DNA from: an uncultured Mycoplasma sp.
GTDB lineage: Bacteria; Bacillota_I; Bacilli_A; RF39; UBA660
Direction of reading: 5' to 3'
Assembly: GCA_964460565.1 (NCBI GenBank)
Contig: CAYWQZ010000001.1
Coordinates: 10,489-35,202 of the forward strand
Length of the DNA: 24,714 nt
Shown piece by piece: positions 18,061 to 24,714 of this stretch. The notes beneath the pieces are model-generated. The model ran no database searches. It was not told where the DNA came from and saw only the letters and a program-made list of their open reading frames with translations. The position numbers and the translations under genes are program-made. The number at the start of each line of letters is the position of its first letter. Within the stretch, counting starts at the first letter, position 1.

Positions 18061-18082
18061 AATGCCTCTCCTTACTGCTTAT

Positions 18083-18131
18083 AAAAAAGTGAACAATAAA
18101 TGTTAAAACTTAACATCTTTACTGCCCACTT
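18083..18131 (-). terminator. Long leader hairpin/terminator upstream of the 180-aa ORF
   Basis: 20-bp stem AAGUG-GGCAGUAA-(AG)-AUGUUAA / UUAACAU-UUAUUGUU-CACUU with three G.U pairs, then U-tract. Confidence 0.65.
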
Positions 18132-18178
18132 ATTATCTTTCTTTTTTTAAGTATATTCTCTCTTTTTTTACAAATAAT

Positions 18179-18207
18179 ATTATACATCAGTTCATATTAC
18201 TTTGCAA
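18179..18207 (-). promoter_or_regulatory. SigA-type promoter TTGCAA-17-TATAAT
   Basis: -35 at 18207..18202, perfect -10 at 18184..18179, 17-bp spacer; overlapped by an imperfect inverted repeat at 18202..18235 (possible operator). Confidence 0.65.
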
Positions 18208-18258
18208 TATAAAAAATTCTATATTTTTTGTGCAAGAATTAAATTAGGTGATGTTTAT

Positions 18259-18714
18259 ATGGAATATAGATTTAAAGAAATAAGAGAAGATAGATTTTTA
18301 AAACAACAAGAAATTGCAGATATTATGGGTGTATCACGTGGTGGATATGCTAATATTGAAATTGAAAACGCTAATGTTAAACTTAAGAACTTTTTGAAAT
18401 ATTGCAATCATTTTGGCTATAGCATGGATTACGTATGTCAATTATCAAATAAACCTTTTGTTAAATTGCGTCATTTAAATAGCATTGATAAGGAAATTAT
18501 ACGCGATAGACTAACACTTATTGAAAAAGAACAAGGTAAAGAAGCCAATGATATCGCTACTATTTTAGGCGTTGCTAAAACAACTTATTCTGAATATAAG
18601 AACCCTAATTGTCCAAATATTATTCAAACTCTTATGCTTAAGAAACTATGCAAAAAATATAATTATTCTATGGACTGGGTTCTAGGTAGAAGTGATAAAA
18701 AATATATTGATTAA
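18259..18714 (+). CDS. XRE-family regulator with two tandem HTH domains (candidate repressor)
   Basis: Two repeats of the cI/Cro-like HTH (QQEIADIMGVSRGGYANIE...YSMDYV; ANDIATILGVAKTTYSEYK...YSMDWVLG). AGGTG supports ATG 18259. Only credible plus-strand gene. Confidence 0.9.
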   Translation: MEYRFKEIREDRFLKQQEIADIMGVSRGGYANIEIENANVKLKNFLKYCNHFGYSMDYVCQLSNKPFVKLRHLNSIDKEIIRDRLTLIEKEQGKEANDIATILGVAKTTYSEYKNPNCPNIIQTLMLKKLCKKYNYSMDWVLGRSDKKYID

Positions 18715-18734
18715 CATCTTATGATGTTTTTTTT
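18713..18734 (+). terminator. Small intrinsic terminator for the XRE gene
   Basis: AACATC-TTAT-GATGTT followed by a T run, at the XRE stop. Confidence 0.5.
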
Positions 18735-18740
18735 ATGATT

Positions 18741-19154
18741 TTAACTGCTTTTTCTAACAGCAATTTTAGTTTTATCATAAACATTTATATAATCAATTAT
18801 CCACTCTGGTATTTCATCATCATTATTAGCTTTTAATTCTTTTACAAATGCTCTTAGACTATTAGCATTTACTTGTTCTTGAACCAGATCCCCTGCATTA
18901 TTATTTCTTAATGCTTCAAATAGTTCTTGCTTACACTCTGCTTTTGCTGACGCATATGTATCAATTTTCAAACTATAAGTATGTCCATTTCTTTTAAACG
19001 AATCTAATTCAGCAGTTACCATTGCTGCTACTAGGTCTTGTTCAACAGCTTCTATCATTGCATTAGTTTCCTTTAATGATAACTCTAATTGTTCTTTTTC
19101 ATCTCTTAATTCTTGAAGTCTATCAGCCATCGCTAAATCAATATTATTCTCCAT
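18741..19154 (-). CDS. Conserved phage early protein (coiled-coil N-terminus)
   Basis: LADRL-like AMADRLQELRDEK coil, VNANSLRAFVKE and PEWI motifs familiar from phage replication regions; function unknown. Confidence 0.7.
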   Translation of the reverse strand: MENNIDLAMADRLQELRDEKEQLELSLKETNAMIEAVEQDLVAAMVTAELDSFKRNGHTYSLKIDTYASAKAECKQELFEALRNNNAGDLVQEQVNANSLRAFVKELKANNDDEIPEWIIDYINVYDKTKIAVRKSS

Positions 19155-19488
19155 CTTTATTATCCTCGCTTTCTGTATTTAAAGTTTCAACAAGCCCTTC
19201 TTCTTTAATCTTTTGGGCTTTTTTATATCTTCTTTGATCAGCATCATATCCTTTTTGAATTTCTTTTAGTTCTTGTTCCATAGCATTAATAACAACTCTT
19301 GTCTTTTCAACTTTGTTATAATCTCTTACAGATATAGCATTCATGCAAATTATGTATTCTTTCTTTAATGCATCTATTTGCTTTACTGATGTTGGATATT
19401 TTTCTCTTTCATTAACTAATTCCATAACTCTTTTATGTCCTGCTTCCCATACTTCATCTAATACTTCATTTGTAATAATTGATTTCAT
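19144..19488 (-). CDS. Hypothetical protein (114 aa)
   Basis: ATGA-coupled to the methyltransferase stop and overlapping the next start; no family recognised. Confidence 0.75.
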   Translation of the reverse strand: MKSIITNEVLDEVWEAGHKRVMELVNEREKYPTSVKQIDALKKEYIICMNAISVRDYNKVEKTRVVINAMEQELKEIQKGYDADQRRYKKAQKIKEEGLVETLNTESEDNKDGE

Positions 19489-20867
19489 TTTTCTTTCTCT
19501 CCTTTTAATAAATTATTGAATATTTTTTCTAAAACATTTACTACGATTGAATTACCTGCTTGTTTATAAAGTTGGGTATTACTATTTCCAGTGCTTTGTG
19601 CTTTATAAAAATCTTCATCATCAAATCCCATTAATCTAAAACACTCTAAAGGTGTTAATCTTCTGATTCTTAAACTTGGCACTTTAACTTTTTGAAGACT
19701 GTTATTTGATTGGGCATTTATCGTTGTTGATATGCCATCTGGATTTAGAACAATTTTATTCATATTATGCCAACCTTCTCTATTAAGAGGTTCTTCATAT
19801 TTTATTTTCTTTTCTACAACTACACCAACATCTGGAGTTGTCTTTAATGTTTGAATTTTATCTTTTTGTACAACGCCTCTTTTTTGATGTGGTCTGTTGA
19901 TATATACACCATCGCCACAACTTGCTTCTGCATATCCCTTTTTTGTTGCTTCTGGCATTATAATAGTTTCTTTTATTAAATGTGTTGCCGATGATGTTTT
20001 ACTTCCACATTCGCCTGTTATTGTTTTGGCAACATCTTTTACTTCTGATTTGTTATAAGGATTAAATATTTCCGGAATATAACCATTTTCACGAATAAAC
20101 TCATCATATTTTCTTTTTACATAGTTATCTTCTGGTCTTGATCCTGCGGTAGTTTTAATTGTACTAGCTACTCTATCATCATCAAGTTCATGCGGCTTGA
20201 AACACTTTCCTCTAATATAACCATTACGATTTGTCATATCAGAAAATGTAGTAATCATCCTATCACTTAAATAGTATTTTTCTTCTACTTCTTCATCAAG
20301 TAAATCTTTTAATTTAAGTTTTAGTTCTTCTTTTTCTGGGAACTTATAATCTTGATTTGCATCTTTTCTTATTGATACTATGAATACTCTTTCTCGGTGT
20401 TGAGGTATTCCATAATCTTTGGCATCTAAAACTTGCCAATAACTGTTGTATCCTGCTTTATCCAAGTCATCTAAAATACTTTCAAATGTATCTTTGAACT
20501 TTTTACTTGTTAATGCTTTAACATTTTCTATCAACGAGTATTTAGGCTTCTTTTCTTTTAATATTCGCAGTCCATCATAATATAATCCACTACGAGTTCC
20601 TTCTTTTATACCAGCTTGTTTACCAGCAATACTAATGTCTTGACAAGGAAATCCCCAAGTCATTAAATCAAAATCCGGAAGTTCCTTTTCATTAATTTTT
20701 GTTATATCCCAATAGTTTTTGTTTTCTGTTTCATTATGAATTGCACAATAGCTTCTACTAGCATATTTATCTATCTCGCTATATCCTACAAGTTCATAAT
20801 CAACGCCTATTCTTTTTAGTGCTTTCTCTGGTCCTCCTATACCTGAAAATAGACTAAAAAGTTTCAA
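19485..20867 (-). CDS. C5-cytosine DNA methyltransferase, orphan, with long variable region
   Basis: Motif I LFSGIGG, IV GFPCQ, VI ENV, VIII QHRERVF, IX RRLTPLEC and X KQAGNSIV all present. Confidence 0.95.
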   Translation of the reverse strand: MKLFSLFSGIGGPEKALKRIGVDYELVGYSEIDKYASRSYCAIHNETENKNYWDITKINEKELPDFDLMTWGFPCQDISIAGKQAGIKEGTRSGLYYDGLRILKEKKPKYSLIENVKALTSKKFKDTFESILDDLDKAGYNSYWQVLDAKDYGIPQHRERVFIVSIRKDANQDYKFPEKEELKLKLKDLLDEEVEEKYYLSDRMITTFSDMTNRNGYIRGKCFKPHELDDDRVASTIKTTAGSRPEDNYVKRKYDEFIRENGYIPEIFNPYNKSEVKDVAKTITGECGSKTSSATHLIKETIIMPEATKKGYAEASCGDGVYINRPHQKRGVVQKDKIQTLKTTPDVGVVVEKKIKYEEPLNREGWHNMNKIVLNPDGISTTINAQSNNSLQKVKVPSLRIRRLTPLECFRLMGFDDEDFYKAQSTGNSNTQLYKQAGNSIVVNVLEKIFNNLLKGEKEK

Positions 20868-20871
20868 GTTA

Positions 20872-22284
20872 TTATTCTCCTTTCTTGAAATATTCTCTCC
20901 AATTATCTACTATACTTTTTGCTATATCTTCTTTATTTTCTAATGCCTTGATTATCTTTTCATCTACTGTTCCACTAGATATCAAGTTTATATAAGTACA
21001 AGTATTCTTTTGACCTATCCTATGTGTTCTTGATATTGCTTGGCTGTAGTTTGAATAATTAAAATCAAGGCTATAAAAAACAGCAGTGTCGGCTGCTGTT
21101 AATGTTATCCCAAGTCCAGCTGTCTGAATTTGGGCTATAAACAATTTTATATCATTATTCGTTTGAAACTTATCTACCATCTCACCTCTTTCTTCCATTT
21201 TTATATTCCCTGTTATATACGAATAATTGATATCCATTTCATTAGCAAGATTTTGTATTGATTCTATTTCTGGTATAAATCTCGCAAATACTACTAACTT
21301 CTTTTTATTGTCTATAATGACATCTTCCATAATATCTTTTAATTCATTTAATTTAGATTTAGATATAACTTGCATCTTACCATCATCATCTTTAACGTGT
21401 CCACCACTTATTTGTGATAGTCTTATCAATTTTGTTAATACATTAGTTGCTGTTATCTCTCCACTTTCAAGTTCTGCATAACTTTCTTTAACAACCTTAT
21501 CGTATATTTTTTGTGCTGATGATTCTAATTCACAATATCTATTTAAAAATATCTGTTCTGGCAAATCAAGCGCTTCTTCTTTTGTAATTCTATATGCAAT
21601 GCTATGAGCTTTACTTGTTAGCTCATCCATATTCTTATATTTAATTATTTGATGGTTATAATATCCGCCCATCACTGCATATCTATTTCTAAATGTATAA
21701 AAACTTAATCCAAAGATATTAGGATCTAAAAATTTCCACTGACTAAATACATCCATTGGACTATTTTGTACTGGTGTTCCTGTTAAAATTATTTTATATT
21801 TTGCTTTAGTACCAAGTCTATGTAATGTTTTACTTTGTGCTGCACTAGGATTCTTAATTTTTTGTGATTCATCACATATAATCATATCTGGTCTATAAAT
21901 ATTGAGTTCCTTTTCCATTCTCCAAGTAGCTTCATAATTAAGTAGTGCTACTTTTAGTCCAATTTTATGACAAAGTAATTTTAGTTTTTCTTTTCTCTTT
22001 GACATTGTTGATCCTATAATTGATTCTACATTAAAGTTGTAATCAGCAAACTTTTGAAACTCTTTTTCCCATACATTTATTATTGATGATGGACATACTA
22101 CTAAAACTTTATTAACCTTTTCTTCTTGTAATAATAAACCTATAATCGCTATCGATGTAAGACTTTTTCCTAGCCCCATATCCATAAGCAACGCAGCACA
22201 ACCATTACTTTCTAATTTTTCCATTGCAAAGTTAACTGCTACTTTTTGATGTTCGTATGGTTTTACTTTTATTGGTAGTTTCAC
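20872..22284 (-). CDS. SNF2-family (SF2) phage helicase
   Basis: DMGLGKS, DESQ, LTGTP, TAGLGITL and QAISRTHRIGQ motifs; GTG start with AAAGGAG RBS. Confidence 0.93.
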   Translation of the reverse strand: MKLPIKVKPYEHQKVAVNFAMEKLESNGCAALLMDMGLGKSLTSIAIIGLLLQEEKVNKVLVVCPSSIINVWEKEFQKFADYNFNVESIIGSTMSKRKEKLKLLCHKIGLKVALLNYEATWRMEKELNIYRPDMIICDESQKIKNPSAAQSKTLHRLGTKAKYKIILTGTPVQNSPMDVFSQWKFLDPNIFGLSFYTFRNRYAVMGGYYNHQIIKYKNMDELTSKAHSIAYRITKEEALDLPEQIFLNRYCELESSAQKIYDKVVKESYAELESGEITATNVLTKLIRLSQISGGHVKDDDGKMQVISKSKLNELKDIMEDVIIDNKKKLVVFARFIPEIESIQNLANEMDINYSYITGNIKMEERGEMVDKFQTNNDIKLFIAQIQTAGLGITLTAADTAVFYSLDFNYSNYSQAISRTHRIGQKNTCTYINLISSGTVDEKIIKALENKEDIAKSIVDNWREYFKKGE

Positions 22285-22426
22285 TTTTTTCTCCTTTCTT
22301 TTCTTCTTCTATATTTTGTTTTTTACTATCATTCAAGTTAAAGATTTCATATATTCTGCTTTCAGTTGTATTTAGAAATTCTGCTACTAATGGAAGTGTT
22401 CCCTTAACTTGAACTTTATCTTTCAT
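22232..22426 (-). CDS. Small HTH-like protein (Cro/excisionase-like)
   Basis: AGGAGG 8 nt before ATG 22426; LVAEFLNTTESRIYEIF fits an HTH pattern; overlaps the helicase start by 53 nt. Confidence 0.55.
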   Translation of the reverse strand: MKDKVQVKGTLPLVAEFLNTTESRIYEIFNLNDSKKQNIEEEKKGEKSETTNKSKTIRTSKSSS

Positions 22427-22463
22427 AAGCACCACCTCCTTTCAATGAAATAAAAAAAGAAGT

Positions 22464-22904
22464 TTAATCATAAACTTCCACGCACATTATAATTGCGAAT
22501 TTTATATATGCCTCTTTTTTTAATAATCTAAATCCATAATCATATCTATTAAAATGTTGCATAATTTGTTCATCTGTAGGAGTTGATGGATCAAAAAATT
22601 TATAATACAAATACTTACGCTCATCATCTTCCAGTTTGTTAAAAGCATTCACTATTCTTGTTAGATATTCTTCTATTTTGTTTTCTAAAATAATTGTTCT
22701 AATAACCATACTTTCAACATTTGATTTTCTGGAATTGGTATTTCCTCCAAAAGTCAGTCCATATTTTCCTGTTATTTTTGGAGTCTTAGTTTCTTCTAAT
22801 CTCAATGTTAACAACTTATATACCTTCATCACTTGTTGTACTGCATTTTTTGTTTTCTTATAATTGATAGTTTCATAAATATCAGTTTGTTTTTCTTTTT
22901 TCAT
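22464..22904 (-). CDS. ArpU-family phage transcriptional regulator
   Basis: KTKNAV, PKITGKY, NTNSRKSNVE, AFNKL.DDERKYLYYKF and KKEAYIKFA..M.VEVY match the ArpU pattern. Confidence 0.8.
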   Translation of the reverse strand: MKKEKQTDIYETINYKKTKNAVQQVMKVYKLLTLRLEETKTPKITGKYGLTFGGNTNSRKSNVESMVIRTIILENKIEEYLTRIVNAFNKLEDDERKYLYYKFFDPSTPTDEQIMQHFNRYDYGFRLLKKEAYIKFAIIMCVEVYD

Positions 22905-22970
22905 TATTATCCTCTTTCATTAATTCTTTTTTTACTGCTATTTACTACAAACTACTTTTTTTTATCCACT

Positions 22971-23004
22971 AAAAAAGACATATATCTTCTTCTGATATAT
23001 ATCT
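22971..23004 (-). terminator. Intrinsic terminator between recombinase and ArpU gene
   Basis: AGAUAUAUAUC-AGAAGAA-GAUAUAUGUCU: 11-bp stem with one U.G pair, followed by U5. Confidence 0.65.
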
Positions 23005-23035
23005 GCAAATTAAAGTTATCTGTCTCACTATAATA

Positions 23036-23064
23036 ATTATAATACTTTTTGTGAATTTTGTCGA
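23036..23064 (-). promoter_or_regulatory. SigA-type promoter TCGACA-17-TATAAT
   Basis: -35 at 23064..23059 (5/6 match), perfect -10 at 23041..23036, 17-bp spacer. Confidence 0.65.
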
Positions 23065-23094
23065 TTTATGTTTGTATTAGTTTGTAATTATACC

Positions 23095-24714
<1,620 letters not shown>

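Noticed and set aside
18202-18258. Longer XRE start at TTG 18202
   Set aside because: It coincides with the divergent -35 box; AGGTG supports ATG 18259.
18110-18720. 10-bp direct repeat TTAACATCTT flanking the XRE gene (18110..18119, 18711..18720) as a possible target-site duplication
   Set aside because: It is short and AT-rich, and each copy is already explained as part of a terminator stem.
66-22863. Numerous short plus-strand ORFs in the track (e.g. 289..681, 3721..4119, 12480..12905, 21227..21481) and nested minus ORF 2234..2452
   Set aside because: They are antisense or off-frame shadows of well-supported genes, with Phe/Leu/Ile/Ser-rich composition typical of reverse-complemented AT-rich coding DNA, and no RBS.

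Overview
AT-rich window that is almost entirely one temperate, HK97-like cos-type siphovirus prophage of a low-GC Firmicute (host group is an inference). Nearly all genes read on the minus strand, from right to left: a large serine recombinase (5'-truncated by the window edge); an ArpU-like regulator, small HTH protein, SNF2 helicase and long-variable-region C5 DNA methyltransferase; a divergent tandem-XRE regulator plus a terminator-bracketed 180-aa orphan; an SSB-like protein, primase-helicase, iteron-rich putative origin, VRR-NUC and a RinA/sigma-r4-like activator; an amidoligase / gamma-glutamylcyclotransferase / Zn-finger cassette; a late promoter, HNH gene and candidate cos; two RHH proteins, a ParB-fused amino-methyltransferase and MetK; then terS, terL, portal, protease, capsid, head-tail genes and major tail protein. 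The most striking non-coding signal is a bipartite motif, CTGGACTT-N12-GCGGTAGTGTT, found immediately upstream of both accessory enzyme cassettes (10578..10608 and 12908..12938), which suggests they form one phage-controlled regulon. Three promoters are also each followed by a short leader ending in a terminator-like hairpin. No CRISPR array, tRNA, rRNA or IS element was seen. All family assignments come from motif recognition by eye, not from database searches.
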